64,000 nt of DNA from Poseidonia sp. (lineage in GTDB: Archaea > Thermoplasmatota > Poseidoniia > Poseidoniales > Poseidoniaceae). The position numbers were made by a program, and so were the translations under genes. The notes beneath the pieces are model-generated. The model did no database searches, had not been told where the DNA came from, and saw only the letters and a program-made list of their open reading frames with translations. Numbering within the stretch: position 1 is the stretch's first letter; every line of letters starts with the position of its first letter. The stretch is taken from the NCBI GenBank assembly GCA_038148515.1, contig JAYQVP010000002.1, positions 92,102 to 156,101 on the forward strand, in the 5' to 3' direction. Below are positions 19,583 through 28,580 of this stretch, piece after piece.

Positions 19583-19637
19583 ACCGCCTCCCAAACGGCG
19601 GAAAAACGCCACTTGCTCAACGCGTTGAAGACCACAT

Positions 19638-19645
19638 GTTTTAGA
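19638..19645 (+). promoter_or_regulatory. Possible TATA-like element (GTTTTAGA) upstream of orc1/cdc6
   Basis: AT-rich octamer ~27-34 nt upstream of the ATG at 19672. A perfect palindrome TCAACGCGTTGA lies at 19617..19628. Confidence 0.25.
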
Positions 19646-19671
19646 ACGGTTGACAACAGGATTCCAATGAT

Positions 19672-20877
19672 ATGACGGACTACCTGCAGCGGTACGGCGA
19701 AGGGCTCATCATCGCCCATCCCGAACGGTTGGACTTTGATTTCGTGCCCGATGAACTGGTCGGTCGCGAGGACATTCAGCGGGAGCTCGCTTCCAAATTT
19801 TCGGGACTCACCTCGCCCGAAGGGTCGTCCAAAGCCATCATCACTGGGCCGGTTGGTTCAGGAAAAACGGTGCTGGCCAAGACCTTTTGCCGAGACCTGC
19901 AACGACACCTCGCTGGCAAAAGGGACGTCAAGGTAGCGCACATCAATTGCCGAAACGCCTCCACCAGCATGCGGGTCGCCCAGCGCATTCTCCACCAGTT
20001 TGACCCTGGCCACCCGGACCGAGGCCTCTCGCTGGGTGAGTTGCTAGGAAGCCTGCGCAAAATGTTGCGTAGAACATCCACGCACCTGATTGTCGTGTTG
20101 GACGAGGTGGACCACATGCTACGTCGGTCAGGCGACGAACTGCTGTACCAGTTGCTGCGAATCGACGAAGATCACGAAGGCAACGGCACACTGTCCTTGT
20201 TGCTCATCAGTCAAGAGCAGGTATTGGATGTTCTCGAACGGGCCGTTCTCTCCAAATTTGGCCAGTCCAATCACGTTCGATTGGCGGGGTACACGTTGGA
20301 GGGACTGAAAGCGATTGCAAACCAACGCGCTGAATTGGCCCTCGTTCGGGGCACATGGAATGAAAAAACGATGCATCTGATCGCTGAACGGGCAGCACCA
20401 ACCGGTGACGCGCGTCGTGTCATTGAGTACCTCAGCGGCGCAGCCAATCGGTGTGAATTCCGACTCGATGAACATGCTGAACGCCATATCCTTCCCGAAG
20501 ACATCCATGAAGCGAGCGAGAATTTAGCCATGGACCTGTCCACTCAACTCGAGGTTGTGGATGATCTAGCCCCACAGGGCATGCTCGTCCTGCTTGCCAT
20601 GTGCCGGCGTCTGAAAACACAAGAAACGATGACGATGGGTGAAGTGGAACGCTTGTACGCTGTGGTGTGTGAAGAATACGAACAGCAGGCAAAAAGCCAC
20701 ACGACGCTGTGGAAGTACGCCAAGGAAATCGAGGCGGCGGGCATCATCAGCACGAACGTGGCGACGGTCCCTGGCGGAAGGGGGCGAACCACCCATCTGA
20801 GCATGCCGGATTTTCTGCCTGCCGACTTGGCCGCCCGTTTGGAATTGCTTCTTCCAAAGCGTCTGCCGCGCTCCTGA
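19672..20877 (+). CDS. orc1: Orc1/Cdc6 replication initiator (AAA+ plus winged helix)
   Basis: Walker A ITGPVGSGKTVLAK, Walker B LIVVLDEVD, sensor motifs and a C-terminal winged-helix region. Typical archaeal Orc1/Cdc6 length. Confidence 0.85.
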   Translation: MTDYLQRYGEGLIIAHPERLDFDFVPDELVGREDIQRELASKFSGLTSPEGSSKAIITGPVGSGKTVLAKTFCRDLQRHLAGKRDVKVAHINCRNASTSMRVAQRILHQFDPGHPDRGLSLGELLGSLRKMLRRTSTHLIVVLDEVDHMLRRSGDELLYQLLRIDEDHEGNGTLSLLLISQEQVLDVLERAVLSKFGQSNHVRLAGYTLEGLKAIANQRAELALVRGTWNEKTMHLIAERAAPTGDARRVIEYLSGAANRCEFRLDEHAERHILPEDIHEASENLAMDLSTQLEVVDDLAPQGMLVLLAMCRRLKTQETMTMGEVERLYAVVCEEYEQQAKSHTTLWKYAKEIEAAGIISTNVATVPGGRGRTTHLSMPDFLPADLAARLELLLPKRLPRS

Positions 20878-20944
20878 GCCCGTCAAATGAGACGATGGGG
20901 CTAAATACGGGTCTTGAGTCGGACAAATCCCGAGAGGTGCTGAT

Positions 20945-21433
20945 ATGGCAAGGTCAAACGCAGTTGAATTCATCGCAGTGGTCAACGACACTGACCCAAA
21001 AAACGGCGGGAAATCCTACTCCCTGAAGATCACGGGCAACAACCACGCCCAGATGCTCGGCAAGCGCATCGGTGACGTGGTCGACGGTCTCTTTGTGGGC
21101 GAGGGAGACAAGACCCTATCCGGCTACAAACTCGAAATCACCGGAGGCTCGGACAAAACCGGGACGCCCATGCGTCGAGATTTGGAAGGCGGCAACCGCC
21201 AATCCATCCTCGTCACCCAATCCACGGGATACAAGGGTCAAATCGTCGTCGAGAAGAAGAAAGGAGGCGACAAGAAGCGTTTCCGATACAAGCCCGACGG
21301 TCTGCGAAAGCGACGCACCTTCCGAGGCAACACCATCACCCAAGACACCCGCCAAATCAACCTTCGAGTGGTTGAGTCCGGAAAGAAGCCACTGGAAACC
21401 ATTCTGGCTGCACCCGAGGAAGCATCGGAGTGA
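20945..21433 (+). CDS. rps6e: 30S ribosomal protein S6e
   Basis: S6e-like sequence (KSYSLKITGN..., GYKLEITGGSDKTGTPMRRDLEG, KRFRYKPDGLRKRRTFRGNTI). Confidence 0.8.
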   Translation: MARSNAVEFIAVVNDTDPKNGGKSYSLKITGNNHAQMLGKRIGDVVDGLFVGEGDKTLSGYKLEITGGSDKTGTPMRRDLEGGNRQSILVTQSTGYKGQIVVEKKKGGDKKRFRYKPDGLRKRRTFRGNTITQDTRQINLRVVESGKKPLETILAAPEEASE

Positions 21434-21472
21434 ACCCGAGAGGGCTGTCGCTGAACCAAAGGAGGGTGGAGT

Positions 21473-22711
21473 ATGGGACGAACGCTTCCATCTCAACCCG
21501 AAGTGAACATCGGCTTGGTTGGTCACGTAGACCATGGTAAAACCACGCTCACACGAGCGCTCTCGGGCGTCTGGACTGACACGCACTCTGAAGAACGCAA
21601 ACGCGGCATCTCCATCAAACTGGGTTACGCTGACACCGCTTTTTATCAGGACGATACGGGCCAATTTTATGCCACAGGGAAGCGAGCCGATGGCGGTGAG
21701 GACAGAAACGACGAACTCAAACGGGTGGTTTCCTTTGTTGACGCTCCAGGCCACGAGACCCTCATGGCGATTATGATCACAGGCGCCTCGATCATGGACG
21801 GCGCCATGCTCATGGTTGCTGCTAACGAACCGTGCCCCCAGCCTCAAACACGTGAGCATCTCATGGCCTTGGAGATTGCCGGGATTGAAAACATCGTCAT
21901 CGTGCAAAACAAAATCGATTTGGTCACCAAGGAACGCGCTCTTGAGTCCTATGCTGAAATCAAGGCCTTCCTCAAAGGTACCATCGCTGAACATGCCCCG
22001 GTCATCCCCGTCTCTGCTCATCACGACGTCAACCTCGACGTTCTCATTCAGGCCATTGAAGCCACCATTCCTACGCCTGACCGCTCCAAGGACAAGCGGT
22101 CCATCATGCACGTAGCCCGCTCCTTCGACATCAATCGACCCGGCACACGGCCCACCAAACTGAAGGGTGGTGTCATCGGCGGAAGCATTGTTGAGGGCGA
22201 ATTTACCGAAGGCGACGAAATCGTCATTGGTCCAGGACGGAAGATACAGAAAGGAAACAAAGCCACTTGGGAGCCGATTGAAGCCGTTGTCAGCAGCATG
22301 CAGGGAGGAGGGTTAACGCTCAACACCATGCACGCAGGTGGCTTATGCGGTATGGCGACCTTGCTTGACCCCTCCATCACCGGTTCGGACAACCTTTCAG
22401 GCCAGGTCGTTGCTCGCAAAGGCGACCTCCCCGATATCCATTCCAACATCGCCATCAGCGTGAACCTCATGTCGCACATGGTCGCTGGCGATGGGGAATC
22501 TCCTGACCCCATTCAGCCGCTTCGCAACAACGAGATGTTGATGCTCAACGTGGCGACCGCCACCTCGGTTGGCGTGACTCGAAACGCCGAAAAGAGCCGA
22601 ACTGAACTTGAATTGCGACTTCCTATCTGCGCTGACAAAGGACAGCGAATCTCCCTTTCACGCCGCATCGGCTCTCGATGGCGACTGATCGGCTACGGAA
22701 CCATTGAATGA
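21473..22711 (+). CDS. eif2g: Translation initiation factor 2 subunit gamma (aIF2-gamma)
   Basis: GTPase motifs GHVDHGKTTL, DAPGH and NKIDL, the aIF2-gamma-specific zinc-knuckle region, and domains II/III. Confidence 0.9.
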   Translation: MGRTLPSQPEVNIGLVGHVDHGKTTLTRALSGVWTDTHSEERKRGISIKLGYADTAFYQDDTGQFYATGKRADGGEDRNDELKRVVSFVDAPGHETLMAIMITGASIMDGAMLMVAANEPCPQPQTREHLMALEIAGIENIVIVQNKIDLVTKERALESYAEIKAFLKGTIAEHAPVIPVSAHHDVNLDVLIQAIEATIPTPDRSKDKRSIMHVARSFDINRPGTRPTKLKGGVIGGSIVEGEFTEGDEIVIGPGRKIQKGNKATWEPIEAVVSSMQGGGLTLNTMHAGGLCGMATLLDPSITGSDNLSGQVVARKGDLPDIHSNIAISVNLMSHMVAGDGESPDPIQPLRNNEMLMLNVATATSVGVTRNAEKSRTELELRLPICADKGQRISLSRRIGSRWRLIGYGTIE

Positions 22712-23099
22712 GGTTCTACAGATGACTCAAGTGCTCATCGATGCATGTGGTTGGGTTGCCTGCGTCGACGCTTCGATCAACATTGAACGAAGCCTTGAGG
22801 GGTTATTGGGGCCTTGCGAGTGGGTTCTTCTCAGTTCAATTCACGAGGAATTGAAAGCCTTGCAACATCAACGCCCTTCTCGTCAACCACTCCTGTTGTC
22901 CCTGTTAGAAGGCAAAGCGACCCGTGTCGAGGTTGATGCCGCCCTTCATCCCGATGATGCCCTGCTCGCTTACGCCATCGAACACGGGTGCGTGGCGTTG
23001 ACCGTTGACAACAGCCTGAAACATCGGTTGTACGAGGCCAACATCGCTGTGATCGAAGTACGCCAGAACAACCACCTCAATCTGATAGAATCGCTATAG
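22704..23099 (+). CDS. PIN-domain protein (the conserved archaeal aIF2-gamma-associated PIN nuclease)
   Basis: PIN acidic residues in LIDACGWVACVD, IHEEL, DDALLAYA and TVDNSL. The gene order S6e - aIF2-gamma - PIN is conserved in archaea. Confidence 0.6.
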   Translation: MNEVLQMTQVLIDACGWVACVDASINIERSLEGLLGPCEWVLLSSIHEELKALQHQRPSRQPLLLSLLEGKATRVEVDAALHPDDALLAYAIEHGCVALTVDNSLKHRLYEANIAVIEVRQNNHLNLIESL

Positions 23100-23131
23100 A
23101 AAGGTTGCTTGAGCATCCTCGACGTGAAAAT

Positions 23132-23431
23132 TTAGGGCAAGGTGAACAGGACATCGTCACCGTGGCCGTCAAGCCACCCGATTTTCACGCCAGCATCGAT
23201 CCATGCATGGGCGTAATTGATGGCTCCAAAGGCACGAATCAAATCGCCCGTGTTCAAAAAATGCCGAGCATCGGAGGCGTAATCGTCCGCCATGCGCAAC
23301 ATCAGGCCCAACTGTTGACCTTCCGTGCTCACCTCATCCACCAAGGGGGTTGCCTTCGCCCTCGCTCTCGCCGTCAGTTGCAGGTAGTGTTCCACCCGCT
23401 CGGCCGTGATGCTGTCGTTGACCTCTGTCAC
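23132..23431 (-). CDS. Small conserved alpha-helical hypothetical protein, last gene of the AAA+ / beta-propeller operon
   Basis: 99-aa ORF whose start overlaps the stop of the upstream propeller gene (ATGA). Helical, with a GW..G motif (AFGAINYAHAWIDAGVKIGWLDGHGDD). Confidence 0.45.
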   Translation of the reverse strand: MTEVNDSITAERVEHYLQLTARARAKATPLVDEVSTEGQQLGLMLRMADDYASDARHFLNTGDLIRAFGAINYAHAWIDAGVKIGWLDGHGDDVLFTLP

Positions 23432-24486
23432 TCCCCACCCTCCTTTTGACGAAGAAGCAATCGTCGAGCGTCCTCCGTTCGGCCCAGTGCTTCGTAGAGT
23501 TCAATCGCCATTGACAACTTGCCGAGGTCTTCAGCCTCCTGAGCACGCAGGAACATCTGCCTTCGCTCTTCCCAATTTCGCGCCATTGCCGCCTCCGCAG
23601 CCGCTTGATAGCGTCCAGCCCGCTCTGCATCGGCTAAATGAGGCGCAGTCCATCGACGGAGCAACCCGTCGCGCGAACCCGTCACCATCGCATCGGGCGT
23701 TGATAGGACGAGCAAATCCCCCAGTGGCATCTGCTCCGTGAGTGGGAGATCAGCTTCATCGTCCTGGCGAACAGGAGCCGACATGGAATGCAGGTGGCCT
23801 TCAATGCCTAAGACCCACCAACCGTCCCCAGAGCGAACGGCGTCCATGGGCTCGTGAGAATCATGCTCGAGGCGTTCGAGCAGGTCCCAACCAAAGGGGT
23901 GTGGAACGCCTTCCCATATCGAGCCGTCGCCGCTTTGGAGCAGGAGTCGGCTGTCTTGGAGCGTTGAACACCAACTCCACGTTCGGTCTTCCAACGGCCG
24001 CTTTCTGTCATCGCCCGTCAATCGCCCACACCACAGGACGCCATCATCGTCCTGCCACAACAGATGCTCACGGTCGAGCCATCCGAGGAGCCGACGGATG
24101 GACCCCGTTTCCACGCGACGAATGCCTCGCCCTTGTTGTGAGAAAAGATGGAGTTGCCCGTTTCGACCGGCTAAGGCCCAGCCACCTCCAGGCCGGTGGA
24201 CGATATCTCTGAACCCTCCAGGCGTGCTGCGACCTTCGCCCATCATGCCACCATGTTGGGTGCTGATCAAGTAGAATCCATGGGCAGCAAGCACGCCCAG
24301 CACACCTTGTGCCGCAAACGCTGCGTGGATTTTGAACGGGACCTCAACCTCCCATCGAATTGAACCATCGTCCTCCAAGAAGGTGAGGTTGAGACCAGAA
24401 CTGACCACCACGCCACCTTCAGCCGCTGCCATCGTCGCCACTCGGGCGGGCGCTTGCCAGGACCAAGCGATATTCCATGTCATCAC
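23428..24486 (-). CDS. Beta-propeller (WD40/PQQ-like) repeat protein with C-terminal helical/TPR-like tail
   Basis: Repeated Gly/Trp/Asp-rich blade-like segments (DGSIRWEV, DGVLWCG, DGSIWEG, GDGWWVLG, SRDGLLRRW). C-terminal helical region LSMAIELYEALGRTEDARRLL. ATGA overlaps at both ends. Confidence 0.55.
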   Translation of the reverse strand: MMTWNIAWSWQAPARVATMAAAEGGVVVSSGLNLTFLEDDGSIRWEVEVPFKIHAAFAAQGVLGVLAAHGFYLISTQHGGMMGEGRSTPGGFRDIVHRPGGGWALAGRNGQLHLFSQQGRGIRRVETGSIRRLLGWLDREHLLWQDDDGVLWCGRLTGDDRKRPLEDRTWSWCSTLQDSRLLLQSGDGSIWEGVPHPFGWDLLERLEHDSHEPMDAVRSGDGWWVLGIEGHLHSMSAPVRQDDEADLPLTEQMPLGDLLVLSTPDAMVTGSRDGLLRRWTAPHLADAERAGRYQAAAEAAMARNWEERRQMFLRAQEAEDLGKLSMAIELYEALGRTEDARRLLLRQKEGGE

Positions 24487-26486
24487 TGAGCACCTCCTTG
24501 AAGACCGCCCCAGGCGATCAATTGAGCCCTAGCAGCCTGAGTAAGCATATATTGGCGACTACGGCCCACTGAGCGTGCACTCAGAATGCCTTGTTGGAGT
24601 AATTTGTTGCTGATCTGCGACAGTCTGGACCGTTTGATACCCATGTGCTTGAGCATGGTCTCGTCGGATGGAGAATACGCCCGCTCATTGGCGATGGATA
24701 GCACATACGCCTCCGTCATGTTGAGGGAAGAAAGAGCAGTGGGGTTGAGCGGGAAATCTTCTCGCAAACCAACATTTGGACGTTGACGCCCCGCAAAGAA
24801 GTCCATCAGAGCTCCTGCAGCTCTAGTCGCCTCATTCGGAGGGTCCTGCGTCGAACCCGACAACATTGCCATAAGGGCACTCAAAAGGTGCTCGATACCC
24901 TCCTTCCCACCGTTTGGCGCTTGAGGAGATGACGTGAAGGTCGCTTCAAGCTGCGCCGGTAGGTCAAGGGGCTCCTCAGTACCCGCGCTTTCCAAAGGGG
25001 CTTTCATCGCAGTCTCTATCGGGACTTCTGGCAGTCCGATTTCGTCATGGATAAGGGCTGCAGACTCGTCCTCGGTCACCTCCTCCGCCACATCCTCCTC
25101 ATCCAGAGGTTCGGGGCCCCAATATTCGTGCACGCTCGAAGATTCAAGCAAACGGGTGTTCATGGCATCATCCTGTGCTTCTCCAGAGTTGGCTGCAGCA
25201 TCCCTGCGCTCAAGCTCGTCGATGTTTCGGTTTACAAGACGATGAAACGGGCCTGAATTTCTCCTGACCCTTGAGGGGACATTTTCTGAGGCATCCATGT
25301 AGGTACTTCGAAACGGCGTTTCTTGCAATGGTTCATCGTTGCCCTGGTCAGCATTGAGTTGTTCGATGTTCAAATCAAAACCGGATTCTTCTGCAGCATG
25401 GTCGGGCAAGAGGCCGTCTCGCTGGTCCCAAGGCACGGAGGCGTCAATCAGCGTTCCTTGCTCGTCCGCATCTTGGTTCATACGAACATCGGAGGGATGT
25501 ATGGTATGCTCCTCGGAGCGCATTGAGGACGGGGGCGTCGAACCCGAGGCTTGCGCACCGACTTGTTCAGGGGATTGGTCGCTGGATGGAAGCCCTTTGG
25601 ACCTGGATGGCCCCATCAGGTCGGAGAGTCGGTTCTCTTCGTCCCTCGGGTGCGGTTGAGCAGCCGTGGGGAAGGGCTCTGCACCGACAGTTTCCGCTTC
25701 CCTCATGCGAATCGAGTCGATGGCATCCCTCAGTAAGGTCACGACCGAAGCCGGGTACCCGTCGCATTGATTCAGCAAATCCTCTGCATCGGACCGAGTG
25801 AAATTGCTTTCTTCGCATCCCACGGATGTCAGACGTTGCGAAACAAGGTCCATCACATCGCTTTCATTCAAGGCACCCAAATGGTGCTGTTCAAAGCCCT
25901 CGAGAACCGTTTGTGGAAGGTGCCTTCGCTGATGCTGGTCGCAAACCAACACGAGCATAGCGTTCAATCGCTCCAGGGCCGTGTGAGCATCACGAAGGGC
26001 GACCTCGAGCACAGAAACGTCGCTGGCGGGGACGTCGATGACGATCATGGGCATATGCCCGCCAAACGCATACATTTCATTCACCAAGGCATTGGCCAAA
26101 GACGAACGGTTGCTGGGGGGGTTGTCACCGACGAGTTGCGTGTAGCACGCCTCAAGCAGGGCCTTTGCCGGATTTGTGGCGGGAAGGTGGTCGATCAGCG
26201 CGAACGCCCCTGCAGAGGGTTTGAGGCACCGAACCAAGGACGTACGTCCCGAACCAAGTGGACCCAGCAACATCACACGTCGGGGGGAGCGAAGTCGGAG
26301 AAATCCTTGCAAGGTGTTGAACACCCGTTGGCGACCCACCAGTTTGTGCGCTTCACCTTCTTCGAGAGGTCGGATGGAAAACGGATTGTCTTGCAAATAG
26401 GGCAGGCCGAAAACGTTCGTCTGTTTGACCATGGCCGACCAACGGAACTCAACTATATCATGTTTCACAAGAGAGAAGGGGTTCAT
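24483..26486 (-). CDS. Divergent Orc/Cdc6-like AAA+ NTPase with a long disordered acidic linker and C-terminal winged-helix DNA-binding domain; Walker A lysine replaced by arginine
   Basis: P-loop VMLLGPLGSGRTSLV (GxxxxGR[TS] instead of GK[TS]). Walker B-like MPMIVIDV. ~250-aa Pro/Glu/Asp/Ser-rich middle region. C-terminal wHTH YVLSIANERAYSPSDETMLKHMGIKRSRLSQISNKLLQQGILSARSVGRSRQYMLT. Confidence 0.6.
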   Translation of the reverse strand: MNPFSLVKHDIVEFRWSAMVKQTNVFGLPYLQDNPFSIRPLEEGEAHKLVGRQRVFNTLQGFLRLRSPRRVMLLGPLGSGRTSLVRCLKPSAGAFALIDHLPATNPAKALLEACYTQLVGDNPPSNRSSLANALVNEMYAFGGHMPMIVIDVPASDVSVLEVALRDAHTALERLNAMLVLVCDQHQRRHLPQTVLEGFEQHHLGALNESDVMDLVSQRLTSVGCEESNFTRSDAEDLLNQCDGYPASVVTLLRDAIDSIRMREAETVGAEPFPTAAQPHPRDEENRLSDLMGPSRSKGLPSSDQSPEQVGAQASGSTPPSSMRSEEHTIHPSDVRMNQDADEQGTLIDASVPWDQRDGLLPDHAAEESGFDLNIEQLNADQGNDEPLQETPFRSTYMDASENVPSRVRRNSGPFHRLVNRNIDELERRDAAANSGEAQDDAMNTRLLESSSVHEYWGPEPLDEEDVAEEVTEDESAALIHDEIGLPEVPIETAMKAPLESAGTEEPLDLPAQLEATFTSSPQAPNGGKEGIEHLLSALMAMLSGSTQDPPNEATRAAGALMDFFAGRQRPNVGLREDFPLNPTALSSLNMTEAYVLSIANERAYSPSDETMLKHMGIKRSRLSQISNKLLQQGILSARSVGRSRQYMLTQAARAQLIAWGGLQGGAQ

Positions 26487-26490
26487 CCAC

Positions 26491-26596
26491 CCGTTACGAA
26501 CCGTTATTCGCTCAGCGGGATTCCTGTATCGGCCGTGATTAACGGAACATTAACGCCTAATTAACGCGTTAGTTAAACCGTTAAACCCGTTAGCGT
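26491..26596. promoter_or_regulatory. Dense array of CGTTA/TAACG pentamers including the perfect palindrome TAACGCGTTA, in the divergent intergenic region between the Orc-like AAA+ gene and hmgA
   Basis: CCGTTA occurs 4 times (cccgttacg, accgttatt, accgttaaa, cccgttagc) and TAACG 3 times (ttaacgg, ttaacgc, ttaacgcg) within ~105 bp. TAACGCGTTA lies at 26562..26571. This is the most AT-rich stretch near these genes. Confidence 0.5.
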
Positions 26597-26661
26597 AGCG
26601 TGTAGTAGAGAGGCGATTGATTCAAAGAACGCCAGCGTTTGAAGTGAGATGAGGACAGCCC

Positions 26662-27960
26662 ATGCCCGTCAACAACAGCCGCATCAAAGGCCTGTACACG
26701 AAGACGGTCGAAGAACGCCTGTCCGTCGTTGCAGAGGCCACCCAGCTCGCCCCAGAGCACGTCCAAGCCCTCTCTGCGCACGGTGAACTGGACAGCAATG
26801 CGGCCGATCGCATGATTGAGAATGTCATCGGTACCATGTCCTTGCCCGTGGGTGTAGCGACCAATTTCGTCATCAACGGGGAACATTATCTCATCCCCTT
26901 CTGCCTTGAAGAATCAAGCGTGGTGGCGGCTGCCTCCAACATGGCCAAACGCTGTCTTGTTCATGGCGGATTCCGCACCAACAACGACAAACCAGTGATG
27001 ATTGGACAGATTCAATTGCTGGACGTCGCCGATATGGAGCGAGCTATAGCAGCGATTGCAGAGGCTGAGGCAGAGTTGATCGAATTTTGCAACGACATCC
27101 CCTCCAAAATGATCGAACTTGGTGGCGGCTGCAGAGCGATTGAATCGCGTGTCGTTCAATCCACCCTCGGAGCGATGCTCGTTGTCCACCTGCTGGTGGA
27201 CTGCAGGGACGCCATGGGGGCCAATGCGGTCAATACCATGGTGGAGCGATTGGCACCTCGCCTTGAAGCCCTCAGTGAAGGGCGTGCTCACCTACGCATC
27301 CTCTCCAACCTCGCAAGCCAGCGGTTGGCGCGAGTTGCTGCGACATTCACACCCGAAGAAATGGCGACAAAGGGCGACCGTGAAGAAGGACTCCACATCA
27401 TCGATGGAATTCTTGAGGCGCAAGCCTTCGCCGTGGCCGACCCGTACCGGGCCACAACTCACAACAAGGGCATCATGAATGCGATCAGTAGCGTAGCACT
27501 GGCCTGCGGACAAGACTGGCGAGCCATCGAAGCAGGATGCCATGCATGGGCCAGCCTCCACGAAGGACGCTACACATCCATGTCCTCCTGGACCAAAAAT
27601 GCGGATGGTAATCTGGTTGGAGAGATGACCTTGCCTATGGCAGTGGGAATCGTTGGAGGCGCTTCGAAGGTTCACCCCGCAGCACGGGCGAACCTGGCGA
27701 TTCTTGGCGTCACCACCGCTCAAGAATTGGCGGGCATCATGGTGTGCGCTGGATTGGCTCAAAACCTTGGTGCGTTACGGGCCCTATCCACCAAAGGCAT
27801 CCAAGCCGGCCACATGAAATTGCACGCCAAAAACATGGCTGTTTCTGCCGGCGCCGTCGGTGAAGAAATCGATTCGCTAGCGCGACGTTTAGAGGCGTAT
27901 GAAGGACATCGTACCCAATCCATGGTTGAAGCCTGGCTTCAAGAGATGCGAGACAAGTAA
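26662..27960 (+). CDS. hmgA: 3-hydroxy-3-methylglutaryl-CoA reductase (class I, archaeal mevalonate pathway)
   Basis: HMGR catalytic motifs EESSVVAAAS, DAMGANAVNTM and GTVGG-like VGIVGGASK, plus catalytic His in the C-terminal region. ~430 aa. Confidence 0.85.
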   Translation: MPVNNSRIKGLYTKTVEERLSVVAEATQLAPEHVQALSAHGELDSNAADRMIENVIGTMSLPVGVATNFVINGEHYLIPFCLEESSVVAAASNMAKRCLVHGGFRTNNDKPVMIGQIQLLDVADMERAIAAIAEAEAELIEFCNDIPSKMIELGGGCRAIESRVVQSTLGAMLVVHLLVDCRDAMGANAVNTMVERLAPRLEALSEGRAHLRILSNLASQRLARVAATFTPEEMATKGDREEGLHIIDGILEAQAFAVADPYRATTHNKGIMNAISSVALACGQDWRAIEAGCHAWASLHEGRYTSMSSWTKNADGNLVGEMTLPMAVGIVGGASKVHPAARANLAILGVTTAQELAGIMVCAGLAQNLGALRALSTKGIQAGHMKLHAKNMAVSAGAVGEEIDSLARRLEAYEGHRTQSMVEAWLQEMRDK

Positions 27961-27962
27961 GT

Positions 27963-28574
27963 TCATTCTTCTTCGCTGACCGGCAAGGCTGCCTGAACCG
28001 TTCCCGCTTCATCGCTAGCGTCCCGAAGAATTTCATTTCTGTCGCCTAATTCGTCCAACAAACCTGACGATTGCACTTGCTCACGAAACCATGCTCGTAC
28101 CTTTTTCCGGTCGGTGTGTGGGCATCCGAACGACTCTGAAAAACGGCGCGTGGTTGACAAACGACGCGTGTTGCCGTCCTTTCGGCGATCAACCATACCC
28201 AATTGCGCCAATTCCCGAACGTAATCATAGGCCTTCTGCCCCAACAACTCGACCAATCTCGATTGGGGCATGGGCTGGTGGTAAGCAATCAATGCGGCCG
28301 CCTTGAGCAACTTTGGGGCCATTGCAGTCTTGGTCTCCCGGGGAAGATGCGAGGCGATGGCCGGTTTGACTTCCAGAGCCCATCGGTCGCCCACTTCAGC
28401 CAACTGGAGAGAACCCCCTTTGCGTCGGCGCAGCGTGGCTTGCAAGGACCCCAAACTATCGAGCATTTCGTCCTCATCGTAACCGAGAGCAGTTGACAAC
28501 TCAGCGGCCGACATGGACTTGCCTGCGCTAAACAAGGTCGCTTCGATGAGGGTTTCGAGAGGTAATTCCGTCAT
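27963..28574 (-). CDS. scpB: Segregation and condensation protein B (ScpB)
   Basis: Tandem winged-helix ScpB-like sequence (LIEATLFSAGKSMSAAELSTALGYDE ..., SRLVELLGQKAYDYVRELAQLGMVDRRKDG). Located downstream of scpA and smc. Confidence 0.7.
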   Translation of the reverse strand: MTELPLETLIEATLFSAGKSMSAAELSTALGYDEDEMLDSLGSLQATLRRRKGGSLQLAEVGDRWALEVKPAIASHLPRETKTAMAPKLLKAAALIAYHQPMPQSRLVELLGQKAYDYVRELAQLGMVDRRKDGNTRRLSTTRRFSESFGCPHTDRKKVRAWFREQVQSSGLLDELGDRNEILRDASDEAGTVQAALPVSEEE

Positions 28575-28580
28575 GATGCC

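Noticed and set aside
18806-19612. 268-aa minus-strand ORF antisense to dph2
   Set aside because: It overlaps a confidently identified gene on the other strand and has no motifs.
21116-22111. 331-aa minus-strand ORF antisense to aIF2-gamma
   Set aside because: aIF2-gamma on the plus strand is unambiguous. The antisense ORF is a GC-rich frame artefact.
25767-26564. 265-aa plus-strand ORF overlapping the 5' part of the Orc-like AAA+ gene and extending into the repeat-rich intergenic region
   Set aside because: It is antisense to a gene with P-loop and wHTH evidence. Its tail reads across the TTAACG array, which is better explained as a regulatory element.
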